Shown one piece after another: positions 35,147 to 46,362 of a stretch of DNA of 64,000 nucleotides. Location of the stretch: the NCBI GenBank assembly GCA_030295235.1, contig AP026132.1, positions 1,178,001-1,242,000 on the forward strand, read 5' to 3'. The stretch comes from Fistulifera solaris. Taxonomy: Eukaryota. The notes under the pieces are model-generated. The model saw only the letters and a program-made list of their open reading frames with translations. It had not been told where the DNA came from and did not search any database. The position numbers and the translations under genes were made by a program. How positions within the stretch are numbered: position 1 is the first letter of the stretch; each line of letters opens with the position of its first letter.

Positions 35147-37387
35147 TTAACATTCAGCTTTGCCTTTTTTTGTCTTACCCATAGCAACAGCTGCACTAAT
35201 GTCGGCAGCATCTCGCTTAGCGTCAATGATCCATTCATGATCATCGTTCAGCTCATTATGGCGATATATTAACAGTGCTTTGGAGATACAAATATCTGCC
35301 AGAGGATATTCTTTTCCCAAAATACTTAGCTTGCCAATTTTATGGAACAGTCGCGCGACTTGCTGTGCATATCGTCCCTGTAGGGTCAATTGAATCCGTA
35401 AAGCTTCTTCGTAGCAGTCCGATGCCGTCCTGTACTGCTTCATTTGCTCGTACAAATCTCCCATACAAGCACAGGTTACCGCAAGAGCAGGATTGTCTTT
35501 ACCTCCTAATTGTGTTTGCAGTACTCTGACTTGCTGATACAGTAGCAAAGCAGGCTCTTGATTGCCCCGAGCTGCTTCAATCGTAGCAATGTTGTGCAGC
35601 GTCACGGCAACATCCGGATGACTGAGACCTAGACGACGGGATTCCATTTTTAAAACTTGTTGGTATGTACCGAAAGCTGCATCAAAGTCTCCCATTTCTT
35701 TTGCAAGTTCCCCCAGTTTCCCATTATAGCTGCAACGTTGGGATGATTCTTCCCCAGACAATATTTCATGCCCCGAACCGCAACTCTTTAGAAAGAAAGT
35801 GAGTTATGATGCTTTGCATGAACGACTGGTGTTCTTTCACACAACTTACTCAAAGGCGCTGGCCGCCAAAGCGTATTGGTGCTGCATTCGATACCATTGG
35901 GCTATCCTATGCAAGGTCGAAGCTGCTTCGATGTGCGCTGGGTGAATTTCCGAAGGCTCTTCGACGAAGAAAGCATCGTACACATTCTTTGAAATTTTCG
36001 TGTCTTGGAATGATTTGTGCGGTGGCTGCAGCTGGGAAGCATCACACGAAACTTCCAAGGCGTGCTCGCCATTCACAGTAAGCGCATCGTTCGTATTAAA
36101 ACGAGACTGCTGCTGCTGTTCTTTCCGCGACCGCCGTAAATCCTTTTGCATGGATGGTGAAGTCTGAGGTGTCTGTTCTTGCGGTTCGTTTTTCGTTGAC
36201 TTTTCGGGAAGCGTCCATTGTATGTCAAGACAGGTTGCCAAACATTGCAAACTCCCATGATACATATCGAGTGCAGCATCTTGCTGCTGATATTCGTGCA
36301 CGCGCCCCATTTCACGGTACGTGACGGCTCTTGTGACAGCATCGGCCGATTGCTGCAACGCCAACTCCAAAATAGGTAACGCTTCGGCATATTCACGTCT
36401 TTGAATTTGAACAGTCCCCAACAAATTCAATAAGAATGGTAAAGAAGGATGCTGCGGCGATAACTGATCATGTCGAATGCGATACGCCACTGTATATAAT
36501 TTCAGCGCCTTGATGTACTGTCCCATATCTTCCGCTTTGATCCCCATCCGAACGATATTTGCACTGTTGGCGTAGGCTGTCGCCATGGCGTGCGCTTGCT
36601 CCAATTCGTTCCGTGTCGCTTGCGTGAGTTCCTCGTGTTTTCTGTGCGCCACTGTCCCAGGTTTGAGCTTTGATGCCGTCCCTTCTAGCAAATTGAGTGC
36701 GTTCGTGAGACACTTTAAGGCGTACTTGTATCGATGATGAATTTGAATGGCTCTCGCGGCCTTGTTTCGCAATTTAAGGACTTGTTGAACGACTTCGGTC
36801 GGCGACAATGATTCATCGTTGGCTCCGGTCCTACGAGAGGGTGTGGTTACTTGAGAAAGACCGCCGGCTTGTGCAAGTGCCTGATCAATCTCGTCTTGTA
36901 CTTTTCGATTGCTGTTGTTGTTTGTCGGAAAGAGCGCACCTTGTACAAATTGTTTCAAAGATTTGCGAGCTTCGGCTGGTTCATTGGCTGCGGCAGTCGG
37001 TCGACCCGGTGAAGTCACTTCTTGCGTTGCAAAGCGTACGCGCGTTTGACGGGCTGTGAAGTACGATAATACTGGGTCTTCTTCTTCGTCGTCGGCTTCA
37101 TCCGAGCGATTACTACTTTTCCTTCGATATCGTCGACTCGTAGCACGCGCCGGCGAAGCAACTTCTTCCACTGATGCTGTGACGATTTCATTCTCTGCTC
37201 TGTTGGATGTCGTCACTTCTTCTGACAAGCGCCTCAACGGCGGGGGAGAAGCACTGCGTATCATGGACTTTGATGGTTGTTTCGACCAACAGAGTAACGA
37301 TGATTGATGCTCGTCGCTCTTGCTGTCATCGTGATCGATGTAATCGTCCTCAATCGATTGAAAGTATAGTTTATTCACAGGTGGCAT
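35147..37387 (-). CDS. TPR-repeat protein (kinesin-light-chain-type TPRs)
   Basis: Motifs HPSLPFLLNLLG, LGKNHPNVAAIMGN, LGLSHPDVAVTLHNIA and YEEALRIQ. Intron 35786-35849 and a frameshift near 35700. Confidence 0.85.
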
Positions 37388-37924
37388 AATCGACTTTGCC
37401 TTCCATTGGCTAGCAATTTCGAGAAACGCTGGTTTGGGAGGTGAAAGTCCTTGATGAATGCAAGCGATTGGAAGGAAGAAGTTTCTGAACGTAATTCAAA
37501 GAGGCGAAACAAAAAAAGTCCACATGGGCGCGCGTTTTTGCACCTCAACAGACGGAGTCTCCTTTACGCACTCGTGCCAATGAAGACGTTTACAAGAATC
37601 ACATAGACAAAAGTAGGAGTATGAAGTTGAAAGTGCAACGTATTTTCGGAGTGTCTATGTACATCGTCCATACGAATACATACAAATTCCGAGCGTCGTA
37701 CCGGCATGTCGTTTGACTTAAGTACTCACTCGAGAAGCTGATGAGTGATGAGTGGCTCTCGACACTCGACATTCGGTCCTTTGAAATCTTTTTCATCGAC
37801 GAAGACGAATCCTTTTATTTGATTGCTTTATCTTTTGCAGAAAACGACTGTTCCTCCTCTCATTTCAATCCCAATCGTATTGTTGTATACTTTGCCACTA
37901 TCAAGGAAAATAAAGAGGTGAAAC

Positions 37925-38931
37925 ATGAGATCTGTTTTGCAACGAACATCAAGATTGTCGCGATCACTGCGAATGCGTCCCTTCTCCAATGCAAACGACA
38001 AGGACCCCTCCCAACAGCACGCCATGTTTCGAGAACAAATGGAAGAATTGAAACAAGAACGAGAAGCTCTGTATGGATTTACGGATCAGGAACAGAAAGC
38101 ATGGGGAAGTGCGAGTAACAGCCATCGTCATTCGGATGATTTTTTGCAGCAAATTGAACAAGCCCGAGCGGAAGCACAAATGGCCGCGACACCATCGTGG
38201 AGTCATCCCGAAGACCACAATCATCACAGCCACAGTCACGGACACAGTCATCATCATAGCAATCATCATAGCCATCAGGATTATCACAACAACAATCAAC
38301 AACAATCTTCGGAGGGCGAAGACAATCTACAGGGCTACCGATTGATGCCTCCCGTCGAACAACCCATTCCCGAAGAATTAGAATTGAACAACGACAATAT
38401 GCCTCCACTTTTCACACACTTATCACCCGACGGATCGTCCGTCCAAATGGTGCATGTGGGCGACAAAGCTGTGACGGCACGTCGTGCCGTCGCACAAACG
38501 ACGATTGTCTTTCCGCCAGAAATTGTGCAACACGGACTCACGTCGAAAAAAAGGACCCATTTTTGAAACAGCGATTCTGGCTGGTATTATGGCCGCCAAG
38601 TAAGTTCCGAACAGTGATTTTTGTAATGTTGAAAGGATTGACTTACTGACATTCGTACAACAGAAAGACCAGTGACTTGATCCCTCTTTGTCATCCGCTC
38701 CCTTTGGAACAAGTGAATGTCGACATTCAAATGCCCGACGCCCACACGGCAGTCGTGACGTGCGAATGTCACGTGACACACAAGACGGGAGTGGAAATGG
38801 AAGCCATGGTGGGCGCCAGTGTCGCCGCCTTGACCGTGTACGACATGGTCAAGGCCATTTCGCACAATGTGGTGGTCAAGGAAACGAAATTGTTGCACAA
38901 GTCGGGTGGTAAGCGGCACGTGGATGAATAA
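37925..38931 (+). CDS. moaC: Cyclic pyranopterin monophosphate synthase MoaC (MOCS1B/CNX3-like) with mitochondrial-type presequence and His-rich linker
   Basis: Motifs THL...[44 protein letters not shown] and LTVYDMVKA. Frameshift at the A6 run (~38546). Intron 38600-38663. Confidence 0.92.
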
Positions 38932-39254
38932 ATAAAAGTTAGAAGTTGAGAGTAAGCGCTAAAGTTAGTCTATGCGAACAAAATTTAGATTAGGGTGACT
39001 AGGGCGAAATATTCAAACAATTCAAACCGCGCGGACGAGTGTGACCGGCGCGTCGTAGTACACTTTTTGTATACATAGCGCCGGCAGGCAAACCAGCCGG
39101 CGCAAAGGAGGGAGTTTTGCGGCCTCGCACTTTCACTTCATTCTTTTGCAAAATGGTCCGAGGTGCACTCGATCATTGCTTCCTTTTACTGTCGTTCATT
39201 ACTCCACGTTGCCACCCTTTTCCCTCCTTACTTCTTCCGTCTCATTATAATAGA

Positions 39255-40467
39255 ATGACGCATACGATTTCGCCCTTATCGATTCGTCAATGGCAAGATA
39301 ACGAGAAGAATAGTCAAGACGAAAGTCTGCAATCAACAAAGAGAGTGAAAATCCAAGTTTGCAGCATCCGAGTAGTCAATTTCACGAAGATAACGACGAA
39401 ATTGCCATGAAGCTTGAACAGGCTTTTGATGTTTCTGCCGCACAAACGCTGTTACTGCAACAAGTACTTCCTCTTTATGCAAAAATAGCGCAGACGGTCT
39501 CTTCCTCACACTCAACCTTACAAGCAAATCAGCTATCAAGATTGTTACAAGAATTGCAACGTGTCGCCGATTCCTTGCAAATTCATCTAGCGCAAGCGAT
39601 TCGCAACAAGATACGATTGAATGGACGAAAATATCCCGTCGAACAAGCCAAAGTAAGTGTCTTAAATAAGTTTTGTTATTGAATGAACTTCATTGCATCA
39701 CTCACTCGCTTCATCAGGGCAAAATGTCAAAATACACCGAATACTCTCACACGACGGGCATTACCAAACACGACGGTCAATCCACGACCGAGTTTCCGAA
39801 TGTCTATACGGCACAAACGACGACAATCGTCGAATTGCAGCAATTGCAATCTGAGATTCGAGACTTTGCGGCACATCGGGATTGGGATCCCTTTCATACG
39901 CCCCGGAACTTGTGCTTGGCGTTGGGCGGTGAATTGGGGGAGCTTGTGGAGCAACTGTTTCTGTTGGAAGCGATCCAAACGGATAAATTGTATCAAGAAG
40001 TTGCCGATGTCACTATTTATTTGCTCCGTTTGGCCGATGTGTGTCAGCTTTCGTTGTTGGCTGACACAAGCAGTGCTGACGACGAAACTGATGAAAAGCT
40101 GGTTTCATCCTTTTCCATCAAACTGCCGTCTGTTGCATCCACCGAGGAACATACTTTTCCCGTTGGATTGATTCGCAACCATATTTTGGAATTGTGGATG
40201 CACTGGACTCGACACGATAAGGAGAGTTTCTATGAGACACTCCAAACCATTTCCACTCTGTTGGGATGCTGTCCAAACACCCCACCAATGATAACAAGCT
40301 GCGCCAACTCAAAGACAGCATGGCTCTCTCTACTATGTCTTTTGGGGGAGTTGTCGGATCAGTTTCAATTTTTGGGAGATGCCGAACAACCATTGCACAA
40401 ACACGAAGTCATTTGCAGTTATATCCAGCAAATGGTGCATCACATGAATGATGAAGTTGAAATCTAA
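39255..40467 (+). CDS. MazG-like nucleotide pyrophosphohydrolase (DCTPP1-like) with additional degenerate MazG segments
   Basis: FAAHRDWDPFHTPRNLCLALGGELGELVE and EVADVTIYLLRLADVC. Intron 39653-39717 gives KYPVEQAKGKMSKYT. Frameshift at ~39358. Confidence 0.8.
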
Positions 40468-40533
40468 AGAGTAATAATAATTAATATAATCCACGACGAC
40501 TAAACGCAGACAATTACCATTAAATAACAAATT

Positions 40534-42364
40534 TTAGTTCGACGATAACTCATCGATAGCCCAATTCAAATACGCTCTCAGATATCGCGCCGAGGCCAGT
40601 GGAAGATCGCGTGGTACACCTACCCGATCACGCAAATATGCAAGACTGGAAACGACGCCCTCCGTCTGTTGTGTAGGAATAGCTTTCTGTAACAAATCCT
40701 TCCAATGCGATGCTGGCATTTCTTCGTCGACGGCCGCCAGCACTTGGCAGACGACACGAAGTGCGGCATCGACATAAGGCACAATGCTATCATCCGAAGC
40801 AGCGTACGGATCCGCCAAAGGTGCTCCAAATGTCTTGCGTGGGTTTTTGGCGCCTTTCGGTCCTCCTCTCGCGGCGAAGACTGTCACTTTGCCGCCATTG
40901 CCCGCCAGTTTCCAGGCTGCCATCATTCGACAAGCCCTTTTCATCAACGCAGGATCGGCAGATTCTAAAGAACCGTCTGGCCCAGCTTCAATTCCCACAG
41001 ATTGTAACACACAAAGGGGCAAAGGAGGACCTTTGTACAGAGGCTGCAAACTGTCATCATGCGGCAATGGCAATCGTCCACTCGGCCCGCGACCCAGAAT
41101 GTCTCGTGAAAATTGTTTCCGGTCCTCTTCGAATCCACCATCATATCCAGGGCCGTACTGTGGCGGAATATCCATAACATGAGTGTAATAGTCACTCTTA
41201 AAAGCTAAATAATGTTCGCGCTTCTCAAACGCATCAATCCAAGCATTCAAACCATCCAATCCCCACTTGGGATTCCGTAGATTGAGCCCCTTCCAGTAAG
41301 CACAACTGGCGAGCATGCGTTCTACGTGCGACACAAAGACAAAATCAATCATGGTGGGATAGTCGTGCTCATCAAAGAACCACGGCCCTTTCGTTGAAGA
41401 CAGTTCTTGATCCACAATCCGTAAACAATCCAGAAAGCCCTGCATCGAACTCGACATGCCATTCTTCTTGTTATTGGTTGCTCCACCCAACAAGCCCGCG
41501 AAGGGATTGCTTCCTCCACTCAGCGCCGGACCTTCGGGTCGAAACACCAAAGTACACCACCAACTAAACAAATCACGTTCCAATCGAGCGAGCCTTTTGT
41601 AACGCGCCATTCCTTCTTCGGTACTCGGCATCATGGGACGATATCCTTCTTCGGGCGGGAACCATTGGTCAAGCAATTCCATAATGACTTGTGATTCGGT
41701 AATGATTTTCCCGTTGACTTCCATGGCGGGTAAGAGTCCTCCTGGAACTTTTTGTAAAAACGACGTCGGCTTGTCACCGTAACTGCGCATATTCACCAAC
41801 GAGATTTGCACCGGGACTTGCTTTTCTTCGACCAGTAGCATGAGTTTCTGACTAAAAACCAAGTAAATGAAGAAAGTGTATCGAAGTGAATATGTCTGAT
41901 TGTGGATGGAGAAAAAAATGACAACAAAGTATTCAACTCACCAGTAAGGGCACCTTTTCAAGATACACAAAAGACAGCACCGTAAGATTAAGATGAATAC
42001 TGTAACAAACTTGCATTGCAGACACTCACCAACCCGCATGATCGCGATACAAAATCACTTGAGGATCTTCGTCGGAATCAAACTTTCGCAGCGTGTTGTG
42101 CACATGAGGCGACCCTTTCCCTGTCTTTCGTACCTCCAGTTCGTTCGTCAATGCTTTCCCGACTGGAGTCGCATCCATTTGTTTCACTAAATCATCCCAT
42201 GAAGAAGTTGTCGTCGTCATGATGGGCGTGTTTGAGGCGGCGATGTGTGTCGGCGGCTTTTGAGAAAACGACGGAGACGTTACGGAAAGAAAACTAAAAG
42301 CAGGAGTCGCGAAAAAACCGATAATGAAGCTCGATTTGGCTGCCTTGGCAACGTGTTTCATCAT
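40534..42364 (-). CDS. Plastid-targeted glutathione S-transferase family protein (CPYC active site)
   Basis: Exons 42030-42364, 41942-41953 and 40534-41851 splice to LYRDHAGWCPYCQKLMLLVEEK. Also GLLPA, ITESQVI and RVGVPRDL. Presequence AFS-FL. Confidence 0.9.
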
Positions 42365-42493
42365 CGTTTGTCTCGTTTGAGATAATCAAGCTTCAATAAT
42401 GGATGACTTTTGCAGTCTCCTTGTTTTCGCTCTTCTAAATGGAGTGCGAGTGAGTCAACATGCGATGCGTATTAAATGCGCGACGCGAGAAGT

Positions 42494-42690
42494 CAGTCTC
42501 ATGACGAAATATTCAGTCGTGGATTGGTAGAACCAACTGTTTGGAGTATAGTAAAAACATGAAGGTCAGGACTCGAAGACACTGCCGGCTGAAATCGCAA
42601 TTGCGAGAAATTTCAAGGTTAGAGCATAACTAGCTTTCAATTTCTCATTGAAATGAGACTATAATCAGTCGCGAAAAAGACGAAAACTTT
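42494..42690 (+). repeat. Dispersed copy of the 32705-33195 repeat
   Basis: Shares CAGTCGTGGATTGGTA..., ATAGTAAAAACATGAAGGTCAGGACTCGAAGACA.TGCCGGCTGAAATCGCAATT. Confidence 0.9.
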
Positions 42691-42694
42691 TTGA

Positions 42695-43500
42695 TCGCTC
42701 CAGAAAATTTGGAATCGTTGTTTGCGATCATACAGAATTAATGCGGCCGTTCCAGGAACTCTGGAATCGGTTTGTGCGGTCATACAGAAATTCTGCGACA
42801 AATCCAGAAAATCTGGAATCGGTAACTGCCGCTCTACAGAAAATCTGTGACAGTTCCAGAAATTCTGGAATAACGGTAATTGCCATCATACAGAAAATCT
42901 GTGGCAATTCCAGAAATTCTGGAATATTGGTGTTTGCGATCATACAAGTGCGATCATACAAAATTCTGCGACAGTTCCAAGAATTATGGAATCGGTGTTT
43001 GCGATTATACAAGATTCTCCGACCGTTCTAGAAATTCTGGAATCGGTGTGTGCCATCATTACAAAATTCTGCGGCAGTTCCAGAATCATACAAGTTTTTT
43101 TGTGACCGTTCCAGAGATTTTAAAATAGGTTTTTGCTAAGATACAGAAATTCTGCGGTCGTTCCAGAAATTCTAGAATCTGTGTTTGTGACCATTTCAAA
43201 TTCCTGAAACCGTTCCAAAGATTTTAGAATCGGTCTTTGCGGTCCAACAGTAATTCAGTAGCCATTAAGGAAAATTTGAAATCAATGTTTGCGATCATAC
43301 AGAAATTTAGCGGCTGTTCCAGAAACTCTGGAATCGGTATCTGCCATCATACTGAAATTCTGTGAACGTTCCAGAAATTCTTGAAACGATGTTTGCGATC
43401 ATTTCGAAATACCGGTCCTTTTCCCATGAACCATGAATCTGCTTTTCCAGAAAATCTGGAATTGGTGTTTGCGATCATGGTTCAGAAATTCTGTATCATG
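42695..43500 (+). repeat. Diverged tandem array of ~52-bp TCCAGAAATTCTGGA monomers
   Basis: Consensus approximately TCCAGAAATTCTGGAATCGGTGTTTGCGATCATACAGAAATTCTGCGACAGT, about 15 imperfect copies. Confidence 0.88.
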
Positions 43501-43548
43501 AAAAACAAGCGACTGAACCCGTACCACGTAAGCGGGTCAAGACAAAAC

Positions 43549-45982
43549 ATCTATGTGACGCACAGCACTTAATCCAAAATATCTGGATGTCTCACAGAAT
43601 TTCTGCACGGCCCAAAACATCGATTCCAGAATTTCTGGAAAATGCACAAACTCATTGTCTGATGGAAAGCCTTCATCCCGAAATTTATGAAACGTGCACA
43701 GAATCTTTGTGTCATCTCAAGCACCGGATCGAAAATATCTGGAAGTCTCGCGGAACCTCTGTGCGACACGATACACCTGGTCCAGAATTTCTGGGCCAAT
43801 CGCAGAATTTCTGTGTGGCCGAACACTGATTCCAGAATTTCTGGAATATGAAAAATGTCATCTAAAACTGTGGCACCGATTCCAGAACTTCTGGTTCGTG
43901 TACAAAGTATCTATGTGACGCACAGCACTTAATCCAAAATATCTGGATGTCTCACAGAATTTCTGCACGGCCCAAAACATCGATTCCAGAATTTCTGGAA
44001 AATGCACAAACTCATTGTCTGATGGAAAGCCTTCATCCCGAAATTTATGAAACGTGCACAGAATCTTTGTGTCATCTCAAGCACCGGATCGAAAATATCT
44101 GGAAGTCTCGCAGAACCTCTGTGCGACACGATACACCTGGTCCAGAATTTCTGGGCCAATCGCAGAATTTCTGTGTGGCCGAACACTGATTCCAGAATTT
44201 CTGGAATATGAAAAATGTCATCTAAAACTGTGGCACCGATTCCAGAACTTCTGGTTCGTGTACAAAGTATCTATGTGACGCACAGCACTTAATCCAAAAT
44301 ATCTGGATGTCTCACAGAATTTCTGCACGGCCCAAAACATCGATTCCAGAATTTCTGGAAAATGCACAAACTCATTGTCTGATGGAAAGCCTTCATCCCG
44401 AAATTTATGAAACGTGCACAGAATCTTTGTGTCATCTCAAGCACCGGATCGAAAATATCTGGAAGTCTCGCGGAACCTCTGTGCGACACGATACACCTGG
44501 TCCAGAATTTCTGGACCAATCGCAGAATTTCTGTGTGGCCGAACACTGATTCCAGAATTTCTGGAATATGAAAAATGTCATCTAAAACTGTGGCACCGAT
44601 TCCAGAACTTCTGGTTCGTGTACAAAGCATCTATGTGACGCACAGCACTTAATCCAAAATATCTGGATGTCTCACAGAATTTCTGCACGGCAAAAACATC
44701 GATTCCAGAATTTCTGGAAAATGCACAAACTCATTGTCTGATGGAAAGCCTTCATCCCGAAATTTATGAAACGTGCACAGAATCTTTGTGTCATCTCAAG
44801 CACCGGATCGAAAATATCTGGAAGTCTCGCGGAACCTCTGTGCGACACGATACACCTGGTCCAGAATTTCTGGGCCAATCGCAGAATTTCTGTGTGGCCG
44901 AACACTGATTCCAGAATTTCTGGAATATGAAAAATGTCATCTAAAACTGTGGCACCGATTCCAGAACTTCTGGTTCGTGTACAAAGCATCTATGTGACGC
45001 ACAGCACTTAATCCAAAATATCTGGATGTCTCACAGAATTTCTGCACGGCAAAAACATCGATTCCAGAATTTCTGGAAAATGCACAAACTCATTGTCTGA
45101 TGGAAAGCCTTCATCCCGAAATTTATGAAACGTGCACAGAATCTTTGTGTCATCTCAAGCACCGGATCGAAAATATCTGGAAGTCTCGCGGAACCTCTGT
45201 GCGACACGATACACCTGGTCCAGAATTTCTGGACCAATCGCAGAATTTCTGTGTGGCCGAACACTGATTCCAGAATTTCTGGAATATGAAAAATGTCATC
45301 TAAAACTGTGGCACCGATTCCAGAACTTCTGGTTCGTGTACAAAGCATCTATGTGACGCACAGCACTTAATCCAAAATATCTGGATGTCTCACAGAATTT
45401 CTGCACGGCCCAAAACATCGATTCCAGAATTTCTGGAAAATGCACAAACTCATTGTCTGATGGAAAGCCTTCATCCCGAAATTTATGAAACGTGCACAGA
45501 ATCTTTGTGTCATCTCAAGCACCGGATCGAAAATATCTGGAAGTCTCGCAGAACCTCTGTGCGACACGATACACCTGGTCCAGAATTTCTGGACCAATCG
45601 CAGAATTTCTGTGTGGCCGAACACTGATTCCAGAATTTCTGGAATATGAAAAATGTCATCTAAAACTGTGGCACCGATTCCAGAACTTCTGGTTCGTGTA
45701 CAAAGCATCTATGTGACGCACAGCACTTAATCCAAAATATCTGGATGTCTCACAGAATTTCTGCACGGCAAAAACATCGATTCCAGAATTTCTGGAAAAT
45801 GCACAAACTCATTGTCTGATGGAAAGCCTTCATCCCGAAATTTATGAAACGTGCACAGAATCTTTGTGTCATCTCAAGCACCTGATCGAAAATATCTGGA
45901 AGTCTCGCAGAACCTCTGTGCGACACGATACACCTGGTCCAGAATTTCTGGGCCAATCGCAGAATTTCTGTGTGGCCAAACA
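43549..45982 (-). repeat. 360-bp higher-order tandem satellite (~6.8 near-identical copies; each = 7 x ~52-bp monomers)
   Basis: CTATGTGACG recurs at 43551, 43911, 44271, 44631, 44990, 45349 and 45709. Palindromic cores in copy 1 lie at 43573, 43625, 43677, 43729, 43781, 43831 and 43881. Confidence 0.97.
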
Positions 45983-46362
45983 CCGACGTCACCAGCTCTT
46001 TGCTGTAATACTGATGTACTACGTACCTGGTAGTACGATGAATAATGATGCGATGATCGATGATGCGGCAATCAGCAATCAGTTTCACCGCCATGTACAA
46101 AATCTTATCAAAACTGGAACCACTAATCGTGACTGGAAAGTACAGAAATGGAACCACCAGCAGAAACCAAGTACATTATGCTATTATACACGGAGAATCC
46201 TATGACCTATGACTGGAGGGAGATGCATTTTTGTCTTGCGCGCAAGATCCTGTGAAGTCCATAACCAACAAAGAAATGAACGATCGCATGTCGTCGACTT
46301 CTTGCTGCCAACTCATTTGTCTTATTATTGCTGCTTGAATCGAATTATAATTAACAACAACA

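Noticed and set aside
1792..38931. MoaE and MoaC as a molybdenum-cofactor gene cluster
   Set aside because: They are ~36 kb apart with more than a dozen unrelated genes between them, so chance co-location is sufficient.
42695..45982. CRISPR-like look (palindromic repeat plus ~35-bp spacers), also at 18.2-19.1 kb
   Set aside because: The 'spacers' are homologous to each other and repeat exactly every 360 bp, there are no cas genes, and the context is eukaryotic with introns.
43569..46205. Many repeated 74-135-aa ORFs on both strands
   Set aside because: By-products of the 360-bp satellite. They have no domain signal and break where 359-bp units shift the frame.
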